Shown here: positions 10,478-19,914 of the stretch, one piece after another
Layout: every line of letters begins with the position of its first letter
Numbering within the stretch: position 1 is the stretch's first letter
Source: Promethearchaeota archaeon
GTDB taxonomy: Archaea > Asgardarchaeota > Lokiarchaeia > Sigyniarchaeales > SOKP01
NCBI GenBank assembly: GCA_030599585.1
Contig: JAUVNS010000001.1
Coordinates: 192,001 to 256,000 of the forward strand
Direction: 5' to 3'
Length of the DNA: 64,000 nt
Made by a program: the position numbers and the translations under genes
The notes under the pieces: generated by a model
What the model was told of the DNA's origin: nothing
The model's database searches: none
What the model saw: only the letters and a program-made list of their open reading frames with translations

Positions 10478-11449
10478 TTAATTATTCTTATCCGACTTCT
10501 CAAGCTCTAAAATTGAATCTAACTTTATTTCAAAATCATTATGCAGATTTGATAAATCTTCTAATGTTTTATCAATATTATCAATTAGAGAACTGATTGG
10601 AGTTTTTTTTAATTCCAAAATTAGCTCAGAAATAGCAACTAAATTGTTCTTAAAAGCACTAAATATATTTTCTTTAATTTTATTTTTATCAATATCAAAC
10701 TCTCTGATTTGTTTTAGATCCCTGATTTCTTTAAGAGGAAAATGGTCTTTATCGGTTAATTTTATATTCTTTTTAATAATTTTGGGAGTGATTTTCTTAT
10801 GAAGTGTATTTGAATCAATTTCATTAATGTTAATAATTAAATCGCTTAACTCATCTTCAGATTTACCCACTGATGCTAAAAAATCCTTAGGTATACCTTG
10901 AAATTCTGTTTTATTACCACTTTCCTCTAATTTTTTTAAAAAATCAAAAATTACAAGTGTAAATAGCTCTACAATATTATCTTGGGTTTTGGCAGACACA
11001 AATATTATTGGAAATCCCTGAATTTGATATTTTCTTATATTATTTAATAGAATTTCAGAATCTTCAGGTTTTAGTAAGTCAGATTTATTTCCCACTAAAT
11101 ACATAATGCATTCAGGAGAATGCTTTGATAGGTTTTTAAGATACGTTTCGATTATTTCTTGGAGAGACTCTTTTGGGTTACTCAAGTCAAATAATAGTAG
11201 AGCTGAATCCAAATTACTGAAAAACACGGGGTTCAAAGGGTTGAAGCTTCTTTGCCCCCCAATATCCCATATATTTAATCGAATATGATTATTTTTTAGT
11301 TTATATTCCTTTCTGGCAATGTTACTTCCAATAGTGGGGATATACATCGAAGGAAAATCTTTTCCCACGAAGGTATTAACCATGGATGTTTTACCGACAC
11401 CCCATTGACCCAATACCGTGAGTTTAATATTGATTTCAGAGACTAGCAT
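10478..11449 (-). CDS. Rab/Ras-like small GTPase with C-terminal helical extension
   Basis: G1 GQWGVGKT, G2 YIPTIG, G3 WDIGGQ, G4 NKSD, G5 SAK. Confidence 0.92.
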   Translation of the reverse strand: MLVSEINIKLTVLGQWGVGKTSMVNTFVGKDFPSMYIPTIGSNIARKEYKLKNNHIRLNIWDIGGQRSFNPLNPVFFSNLDSALLLFDLSNPKESLQEIIETYLKNLSKHSPECIMYLVGNKSDLLKPEDSEILLNNIRKYQIQGFPIIFVSAKTQDNIVELFTLVIFDFLKKLEESGNKTEFQGIPKDFLASVGKSEDELSDLIININEIDSNTLHKKITPKIIKKNIKLTDKDHFPLKEIRDLKQIREFDIDKNKIKENIFSAFKNNLVAISELILELKKTPISSLIDNIDKTLEDLSNLHNDFEIKLDSILELEKSDKNN

Positions 11450-11559
11450 GAGCAGTAATTAAAATAATATTGACAATTTATTAAACTATAAAAAAAGGTC
11501 TATATAAATATACTTTATCCATGAGCAGAATCTAATATAAGAAAGTAGCAAATACTCTT

Positions 11560-12156
11560 CTAATTAGAAGGATTATCGTTATTTTTCCCTGAAAATTTTT
11601 TAAAGGCGAATATCAATCTTTGAAGAACTGTTACATTAGTGCCAATGGCAAGAATGACCATTGTCCACCAGATTGCGGTGGGAAACCAGATTTGAAATAT
11701 TGAACCTATAAAAAGGATAGGTACTCTGTCCGTTCTTTCTAGCAAACCTACACCGTATAAGTTTGGAACTCCTAAGCTTTCTATTTTGGCTCTCGTATAC
11801 GAAGTTAAAAATGCCCCAGCTAAAGTAATTAGTCCAATATAGATGTTAGTATACCCACCAAGAATAATTCCAAAGAAAATGAAGATATCTCCTATTCTAT
11901 CTAAGGTAGAATCTAAAAAAGCTCCTAATTTAGTAGGTCCTTGTAATCGAGCAACTACGCCATCTAATTGATCAAAAAATTCAACTATAAATAGCGTTAT
12001 AATAATGAAAACTAGATTTTGGACCAAGAAACTCAAAAGGGTTAAAAACGCGAAAAAAAGACCTAAAGCAGTGATAACGTTAGCGGGTACTCTTTTTATC
12101 TTTTTCCCCAATGGAAGTAACAGTTTTTCTGAGAATTTTTTTACTCCTAATAACAT
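11560..12156 (-). CDS. CDP-alcohol phosphatidyltransferase (archaetidylinositol-phosphate synthase-like)
   Basis: DQLDGVVAR...GAFLDSTLDRIGD signature, SYTRAK, ERTDR. Confidence 0.92.
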   Translation of the reverse strand: MLLGVKKFSEKLLLPLGKKIKRVPANVITALGLFFAFLTLLSFLVQNLVFIIITLFIVEFFDQLDGVVARLQGPTKLGAFLDSTLDRIGDIFIFFGIILGGYTNIYIGLITLAGAFLTSYTRAKIESLGVPNLYGVGLLERTDRVPILFIGSIFQIWFPTAIWWTMVILAIGTNVTVLQRLIFAFKKFSGKNNDNPSN

Positions 12157-12263
12157 CTTGCTTTACAATCTTAGATTTAGTGGGTTATATTTTTTTCCAA
12201 ATATAAGGCTTATCATAATTTATCATAATGAATCAATGAGAAAAAAAAATATAAAATAGAATT

Positions 12264-13769
12264 TTACACACGATAGATTGGGTAAAATTTCTTTTCTAAA
12301 TACTCTATGAAATAGTCAGGGTTTAAGTCTTCTCCCGTCACACTAGTAATTAAGTCTTTAGCTTGATAGATTCTGCCGTATTGATGGATGTTTTCTCTTA
12401 CAAATGTTAATAAGTTAGAAAAATTACCTTTTTCATACTCTTCTGGCAAGGAAGGATGGTCTTTAAGCGCTTTTTTATAGAATTGTGCTCCATACAAGTT
12501 TCCTAAATAGTAAGTCGGAAAATAGCCAAAAGCTCCGCCAGACCAATGTACGTCTTGTAGTACGCCATCTGCATTGTTTGGAGGTGTTATCCCTAATAAA
12601 TCCTCCATTTTTGAATTCCAAATTTCTGGTAATTCACTAACATTAACATTTCCCTCGATAATATCTCTCTCTAATTCGAACCTTAATATTACATGCATAC
12701 CGTAAGTAACTTCATCAGCTTCTACACGAATCAGGGATGGTTGAACCGTGTTAATACTTCGATGAAAATCTTCTACAGAGATATTTTTTAAATTTTCTGG
12801 AAAACTCTTTTCTAATTTAGGATACCAATATTTCCAAAATTCTTTACTGCGCCCTACCATGTTTTCCCACATTCTCGATTGACTTTCGTGAATGCCCATT
12901 GAACAGCCATTTGCTAAAATGTTATCGTGAATTTCTTTTTTAAATCCCATATCGTATAAGGCGTGACCACATTCGTGAATCGACCCAAAAACGCACGTTG
13001 AGAAGAAATTTTCGTCAATTCGAGTGGTAAATCTTGTATCCGAAGAAGAAAGAGAGGTTGTAAATGGATGAGCTGATTTGTCTTGGCGTCCTTTGTTAAA
13101 ATCATAATTTAATCCCTTTATGACTTCAATACTAAAGTCCCATTGCTTATTTACGTCCCATTTCTGAGTAATGATGGAAAAATCTGGTTTATCGGTTGAA
13201 TTATTCAATTTTTTTATGATTTTATTAAGATCTTGTTTTGATTTGTTGAATATTTTCGCAATCCAATCGTATGTGGCACCAGGTTCGTAGAGATCGATGA
13301 GTGTTGAATAAGGATCAGGATGCGTATCCAATTTCTCTGCAACCTGAATTTGAAGCCCGATCATCTTTTCTAATAGTGGTTGAAATAGAGAAAAGTCATC
13401 ATTTTTTCTGGCTTCAACCCATTTAGCGTGACCTAAAGAGGCAGTTTTCGAAACTTCTTGGACCAATTTCGTTGGTAATTTGACTTCTAGATCGTAATCC
13501 CTTTTAGCTTCTCGTATGAAAGCAGCATCAATTATATCTAAATTATCTAACTTCTCACATTCCTTGATTAGACTTCCTATTTTATCAGAAATTAATCGTT
13601 CATGAACAATTTTACTCATGAGAGCACTTTGTTCTGCTCTACCTCCAAAAGATCCGGGGGGTAAATTTACTTGTTGATCCCATCCTAACAAAGACCGGAT
13701 ATAGTTAAGTCGAGTAATTTCACTAAATTCCTTCTTAAGCTTTTCTATTGGATTCATATTTTTAAACAC
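12264..13769 (-). CDS. Carboxypeptidase Taq family (M32)
   Basis: HPF, HECGH, HESQSR, IRVEADE, LQDVHW, GYFPTY. Confidence 0.96.
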   Translation of the reverse strand: MFKNMNPIEKLKKEFSEITRLNYIRSLLGWDQQVNLPPGSFGGRAEQSALMSKIVHERLISDKIGSLIKECEKLDNLDIIDAAFIREAKRDYDLEVKLPTKLVQEVSKTASLGHAKWVEARKNDDFSLFQPLLEKMIGLQIQVAEKLDTHPDPYSTLIDLYEPGATYDWIAKIFNKSKQDLNKIIKKLNNSTDKPDFSIITQKWDVNKQWDFSIEVIKGLNYDFNKGRQDKSAHPFTTSLSSSDTRFTTRIDENFFSTCVFGSIHECGHALYDMGFKKEIHDNILANGCSMGIHESQSRMWENMVGRSKEFWKYWYPKLEKSFPENLKNISVEDFHRSINTVQPSLIRVEADEVTYGMHVILRFELERDIIEGNVNVSELPEIWNSKMEDLLGITPPNNADGVLQDVHWSGGAFGYFPTYYLGNLYGAQFYKKALKDHPSLPEEYEKGNFSNLLTFVRENIHQYGRIYQAKDLITSVTGEDLNPDYFIEYLEKKFYPIYRV

Positions 13770-13885
13770 TTATTTTAATTTTCTTGAAATTTATATAAAC
13801 GAGATAAATCTAAGTATATAAAAAAAATTTGCTTTTTTGGTTCACTGCTCCATTCTCTTATAATGTGAAATGCAAATCAAAACTT

Positions 13886-15412
13886 CTACAATGAATCGTG
13901 TCTTACAAAAAAGGTAGCTGCAGATTCGAGATCCTCCACTGTGAGAGGTCTTGCTAAAGTTTTCTGTAGTTCTGTTATTAATTGAGAGCATAACTTTAGA
14001 CTTAATGTACTTCCACTTTGTTCAATCAATTTTTGAAGCATTTCAGGATAAATTGCTTCGCTTTCACTCTCACTTTGCTCTAACGTTGGGCGTTTCTCTT
14101 CGGGTATAACTTCGTCTATATGGAGCGTGATGTCTTCTTTATCTATATCTTCTGCTTCTGAAGCATCCGACATTGAAAATAACAATAAATCCTCTGTCTC
14201 TTGCTTAGCTACTGGCGATCGTGAAGCCTTAATCGTAGTTCTAGGTATTTCGATGGGGGGTGGTTTAATTTGAGATTTATTGGATGGTAGTGGTGCCACT
14301 TGAACTCGTCGCGTAAATTGAATTTTTCCTGGTATCTCGAATTTCCTTTTACTTTCTATTTGTTTCCTCATTTTAGTTTGTTCGTCGATATGTTCTTGTA
14401 ACTTCGTTATTTTTTCCTTAAGAGTCGAGATGTAAGTAAAATCTTGATAGTCATTAGAAATTTTTATGAGTTCCTTGTATTTAGCAATTGCGAGTATTAA
14501 ATTCCCGTCTTTTTCAATGCTTTTAGCTTCATTAAGCGATTCAATAAAATGATGAGGCAAAAGTTTTTTTAGATTGAGGGTTTTAGCGATTAAGAGTTTG
14601 ATTTTTTCTTGCATTCCCGTTTCAATTAATGAGATTTCTTCAAAATCAGAAAGGTCTAGCTCGTTTTTTATAATTTTCAAGTCGTTATTATCAATCAATT
14701 CCCGTTTGTTTCCAAGAATAAGGAGCTTGGAAAATTTGCTTTCTTGCTTCTGCAAGTCTAAAAAATGGTTAATTACTCGGATATGATAATTAGATAAATC
14801 AAATAATAAAACTACCAAGTCAGACCCTTGTATGAATTTTGACCACAAGAGCGAAAAATTATCTTTTAATTCAAAATCCCAGAGATCGAACTTCAAATTA
14901 TCTACAGCAAAAATCGATGCTTTTGCGAAATTCATAATTTGACGTACTTGGTCGCTTTTTATCATGTTGAATAATTGAGTCTTACCAGAATTAATAGGTC
15001 CAACAATAGTAATTTTTGAATGTAAATTGTGCTGCTGTTCTCTCAAAAAATCGACAAATTCTCGTTTGTTATCATCTGGTTTACTCACATCTGTCGGATT
15101 TGAAAACAATTCATGAAACTTTTTTATTGTGTTTTCTAATATTGGGGATATATATTCAAGACTATCAACCAAGTCTGTAATAAATAAAAATAATACCTTC
15201 TTCTCTGTTTTGTGGAATATTTGGAAGTTTTCTGAGACAGGGCGATGAAAAATTTTACCTCTCTTAGGCATATCTATGAACGACTGGATTACACCCCTAA
15301 CGTTGTTCAACTCGCCATCTCCTAGAGCGAGAGCGTATGTGTGATTATAAATATTTTTTCCAGAATAAAATATATGGATTTGCCGAAGTATTTTTATCTC
15401 CTCTTTTTTCAA
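13886..15412 (-). CDS. Longin-like domain, divergent small GTPase domain and helical/low-complexity tail
   Basis: GPINSGKT, LWDF, GNKRE; N-terminal longin-like pattern. Confidence 0.75.
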   Translation of the reverse strand: MKKEEIKILRQIHIFYSGKNIYNHTYALALGDGELNNVRGVIQSFIDMPKRGKIFHRPVSENFQIFHKTEKKVLFLFITDLVDSLEYISPILENTIKKFHELFSNPTDVSKPDDNKREFVDFLREQQHNLHSKITIVGPINSGKTQLFNMIKSDQVRQIMNFAKASIFAVDNLKFDLWDFELKDNFSLLWSKFIQGSDLVVLLFDLSNYHIRVINHFLDLQKQESKFSKLLILGNKRELIDNNDLKIIKNELDLSDFEEISLIETGMQEKIKLLIAKTLNLKKLLPHHFIESLNEAKSIEKDGNLILAIAKYKELIKISNDYQDFTYISTLKEKITKLQEHIDEQTKMRKQIESKRKFEIPGKIQFTRRVQVAPLPSNKSQIKPPPIEIPRTTIKASRSPVAKQETEDLLLFSMSDASEAEDIDKEDITLHIDEVIPEEKRPTLEQSESESEAIYPEMLQKLIEQSGSTLSLKLCSQLITELQKTLARPLTVEDLESAATFFVRHDSL

Positions 15413-15586
15413 GGAATTCTTTAATCGCTTTCTTTAATAATATATATTTAATCTCTCATTAATATATTTTACAATTCCAAGTACTTTCAGTTAGTCAGTT
15501 TAAAACTCAATAGAAAAGTTTAGAATTAGTGTTAAATGTTATCAAAATGTATCTTATGATTTTCTAAACTAAAATATTACTAAAAA

Positions 15587-16522
15587 ATGCCACTCCAGCC
15601 CGAACATACTGCTAAATTTTTAGACGAGGATGTAGATTTGAAGTTCAAGTCAGAATTACTTGAACTTTTGAGTGAAAGAATCGATAGATTATGTTTCAAG
15701 GACTGTGAAATTGATCGAATCCAATGCACATTAACTCCTTTGTGTACACAACGATTTTTAATTAATTTACGGATTAAAAATGGTTTGACATTAAATGATT
15801 TACCAAAATTTTGCTATAAAGTTCATAGAGATGTAATCGAAAGATATTTTTGGCATAAAACAGTAATATATAAGCCATTTGATACTTATTTGTATTTAAT
15901 AGACTTCTTTTCCGTTTATTTTAGAGGAGATTATCGAGCTCTGAATAAATTTTTTTCAAAAGGAGATTTTAAAGGAGCACGCAAGATTTTTAATGATAGA
16001 ATAAATAACAGGGACGAAAATTTTCGATATCTTTTAACTAAAGAATACGATTTCATGATATTTAAATACGATGAAAAAATTCATGTGTGCTTCATAAACG
16101 AGAATTATGCGTTGTGTAATGCAAATAGAGAAAAAATTCCCGATTTGAAACTTTTATTTGGTGTGAGTAAACTCTTTGCTCAAATATATTTTCCTGAGGT
16201 TAAGCTAAAACTAATTCCGGACGAATGCGTAGAGATTACAACTTTTATCCCAAAAGATATGCTTTCTTCCATTAGCAATGAAGAACCAAAAGATGAAGAT
16301 TCTAAACGAGATACCTACATTTGGAACGTTTTACCTAATGACTTAGATGTTTTAAGCCAATTTTGTAAAGAAATTAATATATTTGTTGACAGAAAGCAAA
16401 ATTTAGCAATAAAACTAAGCATAGCTGTAAAAGCAAAACTTCGATACCGAGATTTACGTTTAGTGTTTAACATTCTATTTCGCTTGTATAACGATTTTTA
16501 TGTATTACATATTTTAAATTAA
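15587..16522 (+). CDS. Hypothetical protein with N-terminal Cys cluster
   Basis: 311-aa ORF with CFKDC...CTLTPLC...FCY; 28 bp before the next gene. Confidence 0.65.
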   Translation: MPLQPEHTAKFLDEDVDLKFKSELLELLSERIDRLCFKDCEIDRIQCTLTPLCTQRFLINLRIKNGLTLNDLPKFCYKVHRDVIERYFWHKTVIYKPFDTYLYLIDFFSVYFRGDYRALNKFFSKGDFKGARKIFNDRINNRDENFRYLLTKEYDFMIFKYDEKIHVCFINENYALCNANREKIPDLKLLFGVSKLFAQIYFPEVKLKLIPDECVEITTFIPKDMLSSISNEEPKDEDSKRDTYIWNVLPNDLDVLSQFCKEINIFVDRKQNLAIKLSIAVKAKLRYRDLRLVFNILFRLYNDFYVLHILN

Positions 16523-16550
16523 GATAAAAAAATAAGATGGTTGACGAAAA

Positions 16551-18014
16551 ATGGCCGAAAGTAACCAAAATAATCCAGAAATAATTAAAATTAAGGATTT
16601 TGTGAAGGATGATAGATTAGATGACGCAGTTAAAATAATTGCTTTATACCTTGGAGACTCAAATCAAGATAATTATTTGAACAGATTAGAGAACATTTTC
16701 GAGATGCTACTTTCCCTTCATGGAGGGAGGATGGTATTGAGATTTTTAATAGAGCAACTCATAATAGATATTCCTTCATTACTAGAACATCTCTCTAAGC
16801 GTGATTCTGTTCTTCGATATTCATTTTTGTTACTCTTGAAAACTCTTTGTGAAAACGAATGCGATTTGTTCCTCCCCCACAGTGAAGATTTATTAGATTC
16901 TCCTGACCCAAATGTTAGAGAAGCCGACTTACAGCTTATTATTTTTATGGCAGGAGGAGAAACAGATATTGAAGATGAATCTCTCGTTAATAAAATCGTG
17001 GCTACTCTAGCTGACGAAAAAGATTTTGTAATTGAGAAAGCTATACAAGCGCTAATAACAATTGGTCGAAGACATCCATCTTTAATTACAAAAGCAGTTA
17101 CTAATTTTGTTAAAGAACAGCCAGAAAACGAAAAAATGAAAACTGCTATAGATACTGTGCTAAAGTCAGTAGTCACTGTTGAAAAAATTGATGAATTAGT
17201 AGAAGAAAGCCATAAAGAAGCAATATTGGACGAGAAATCATTAGAAAAGGAAAAAATTGAGAGAATCGATAAGAAGTTAGATTTAAAGAAAAAAGAAATT
17301 GAAATCAAGATAAAAAAATTAGAATTGAAAGAAAAAGAGAAGGACTTAGAAGAAAAAATAACCCAAGAAAGAGAAAAAACACTAAAACTTAAGGAAGACA
17401 TTCACGAACAAGAAACTACAGTAGGGCCTGACTTAGAAATCCTCCCTAAAAAAGTTATAAAACAATTAAAAAAGGAAGAAACTGAGATAATCGATAAGGA
17501 ATTAGAATTAAAGAAAAAAGAAATTGAAATCAAGAAAAAAAAATTAGAATTAGAAGAAAAAGAGAAGGATTTAGAAGAAAAAATAATCCAAGAAAGAGAA
17601 AAAACGTTAAAACTTAAAGAAGAAATTCTCGAACAAGAAACTATAGTTGGTTCTGACTTAGAAATCCTCCCTAAAAAAGTTATAAAACAATTGGAAAAGG
17701 AAGAATCTCACATCATAGACAGGGAGATAGAATTAAAGAAAAAAGAAATTGAAATCAAGAAAAAAAAATTAGATTTGGAAGAAAAGGAACGGGAAATTGA
17801 AGAATTTGCTATTCAAGAAAAAGAGAAAGCTTTGAAAATAAAGGAGGAACTAATTGAAAAAGAAACAGAACTATCTAACGTAGAAATTGAACTTCATCAG
17901 AAAAAAATAGAGGAAAAAGAACAAAGAATCATGGAAAACGAACTTGAGAGAGCAGAAGAGAAAATAAAAGAGCTGAAAGAAGAGGATTTTAACGACTCTG
18001 ACGAAGACAGTTGA
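16551..18014 (+). CDS. HEAT-repeat head, E/K-rich coiled coil with 75-aa repeats, acidic tail
   Basis: LLDSPDPNVRE and LADEKDFVIEKAIQAL HEAT motifs; repeated LKKKEIEIKKKKLEL. Confidence 0.75.
   Translation: MAESNQNNPEIIKIKDFVKDDRLDDAVKIIALYLGDSNQDNYLNRLENIFEMLLSLHGGRMVLRFLIEQLIIDIPSLLEHLSKRDSVLRYSFLLLLKTLCENECDLFLPHSEDLLDSPDPNVREADLQLIIFMAGGETDIEDESLVNKIVATLADEKDFVIEKAIQALITIGRRHPSLITKAVTNFVKEQPENEKMKTAIDTVLKSVVTVEKIDELVEESHKEAILDEKSLEKEKIERIDKKLDLKKKEIEIKIKKLELKEKEKDLEEKITQEREKTLKLKEDIHEQETTVGPDLEILPKKVIKQLKKEETEIIDKELELKKKEIEIKKKKLELEEKEKDLEEKIIQEREKTLKLKEEILEQETIVGSDLEILPKKVIKQLEKEESHIIDREIELKKKEIEIKKKKLDLEEKEREIEEFAIQEKEKALKIKEELIEKETELSNVEIELHQKKIEEKEQRIMENELERAEEKIKELKEEDFNDSDEDS
17265..17850 (+). 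repeat. Intragenic tandem repeat, 225-bp unit, ~2.6 copies
   Basis: Unit starts at 17265, 17490 and 17715; gaaatcctccctaaaaaagttataaaacaatt occurs at 17436 and 17661. Confidence 0.9.
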
Positions 18015-18043
18015 ATAATAAGAAAGTTAAAACAACTCAAATT

Positions 18044-19054
18044 CTAATTGATTTTATCTTCCGTAATTGGTGCGGTGTATAATCGCTTCACTATTTTTCG
18101 AATCTCGCCAACCTTAATGCTATCCGCCGGTAAACTTTTTTGTATGGCCTTAGCGAGTCTATAAGCAAGCTCGATATATGCTAAATCTTCCAAGAATTCA
18201 ACAATCTGTATTTTATAATCGCTATCCTCTACGCCTTCTCCGTATTCCATTAGTTTTTCTTTCAGTAAGAGATCAATCTTATCCGTCCTTTCAATAAAAC
18301 GCACTTTTTTAACTAATTGTTTAAAAGAATTAAAAATGTTGTAGAGCTCTGAACGAGGATAATCATCAATATTCTTTAATACATAGAATATAAAGAGCTC
18401 CGCTTTTTCGTAGCGTTTAATTTTCAAACTCACTTCTAAGAGTGCAAGAAGTGCTTGTTCGTAAAGAAATTTACTTCCTATATTTGGGACAATTTTTTCG
18501 AATATCCAATCAATTAAATTAGGTTGATCAAATCTTTCTATGATGTCAATAAGTAGTTTGATAACAGAAAAATATAACTTGGCATTTTCAGTTTTGGTTC
18601 CCGATAAGAACGATACTAAAGCATATTTAATCCTTCCCATCGCATCCTCCATATTAATTGGAGTTTCTGCGAATTTGTAAAACGCTGATTCTAAAATCGG
18701 TTGAATTTTTTCTCTATTTTTAAATTCGTAGATGAAATATTCACCCCAATTCGGAGCAATTTTTTTTGAGGTTGCCTTATCTTTCGTTTTTGGACTGGAT
18801 TTTGTAGGTGTTCTTGGTTTTGATTCTTTTGCTTTTACAATTTGATTTTTAGCATCTTCCTCTGTTAATAATTCTAAAATAATCTTATCTTTTTCTTTTG
18901 GAACTATTATTCTGAAGAATGCTTCTTTCTCTTCATTGAATAACGCTTCTCTTAGTTCTTTAGGGAAAGTGATACCTGTTTTAGTCTTTTTTATAATGTC
19001 TTCAAAAAAAACTTCTTCTTCTTTTTCTTCTTCAGATTTCTTCTCTTGTGCCAT
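18044..19054 (-). CDS. Hypothetical protein: AbrB/SpoVT-like N-domain plus alpha-solenoid C-domain
   Basis: TGITFPKELREAL resembles the AbrB GxITIPKxIRE motif; helical-repeat-like C-terminus. Confidence 0.55.
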   Translation of the reverse strand: MAQEKKSEEEKEEEVFFEDIIKKTKTGITFPKELREALFNEEKEAFFRIIVPKEKDKIILELLTEEDAKNQIVKAKESKPRTPTKSSPKTKDKATSKKIAPNWGEYFIYEFKNREKIQPILESAFYKFAETPINMEDAMGRIKYALVSFLSGTKTENAKLYFSVIKLLIDIIERFDQPNLIDWIFEKIVPNIGSKFLYEQALLALLEVSLKIKRYEKAELFIFYVLKNIDDYPRSELYNIFNSFKQLVKKVRFIERTDKIDLLLKEKLMEYGEGVEDSDYKIQIVEFLEDLAYIELAYRLAKAIQKSLPADSIKVGEIRKIVKRLYTAPITEDKIN

Positions 19055-19142
19055 ATTTATTGGTAAAACTAACTGTCTTTATTCTATGTTGAATGTAATT
19101 AGATTAAAATATTGGAATTATCTACTTATGTACCGTAACAAA

Positions 19143-19736
19143 TCATCCGGTAATATTTACGAGTTCTACCCCCCTAATATCATAGTTTTTATCGATGAAA
19201 CAAAGAATCGCATGACCCTTGTGCATATATACAAGAGGTACGGGGTAAGATTCAGCGTTTTCTATAAAACTTTTTTTTACAATGATAGGAAGGACAGCAT
19301 TACATACCATGCATGGTACTTTAAGCTCTTTTACTGTGTCAAGTTCGTTAAAGCCCGCAATAATGGCTTCAATATTTTCATTAAATGGATTAAGCATTGC
19401 AGTAGAAAAATTGCCATAAGAGATGTATGACTCAACGTCATATTTCATATTAAACTCTATACTCACTTTTTCTATTAAAGCTTCAAGTAATTGAAATTGA
19501 ACTTTATTATTAGAACCTGCAGTGTATATCAAGTTATTTATTCGAATATGCACAATTTTCATGTTACCCTTGAAGATATGGAAAAAAATATTACTCGCAG
19601 GATTTTGTTTAACAATATTCAAGTCAAGTATAAAACTTTTATATGATCTTGGAGGTTTCCATTCAAAAATAGTAAATTTATCAGTACTGATGTTAATAAA
19701 CTCGAGATTTTGTAATATTTGAGAATATTCAACCAT
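19143..19736 (-). CDS. Longin-like domain plus C-terminal CxxC/His metal-binding domain
   Basis: CMVC...YPVP..MHKGH....IDKNYDIRG. Confidence 0.6.
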   Translation of the reverse strand: MVEYSQILQNLEFINISTDKFTIFEWKPPRSYKSFILDLNIVKQNPASNIFFHIFKGNMKIVHIRINNLIYTAGSNNKVQFQLLEALIEKVSIEFNMKYDVESYISYGNFSTAMLNPFNENIEAIIAGFNELDTVKELKVPCMVCNAVLPIIVKKSFIENAESYPVPLVYMHKGHAILCFIDKNYDIRGVELVNITG

Positions 19737-19914
19737 TTATCTCTACGCTCTGGATTTTTTTGTGCTTTATGAAATTATTCAAATGTGTGAATCTTTCTGA
19801 TTTAATCTTGAAAGTACTAATTTTATAACTAATAAAAATAAATTAAATATTTATATATTACATGTTAATTCTGGTAAATATATTTGAGTTTTAAAAAACT
19901 AATTAGATGAAATT

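Noticed and set aside
17265-17850. CRISPR array or mobile repeat
   Set aside because: In-frame 225-bp coding repeat with no unique spacers
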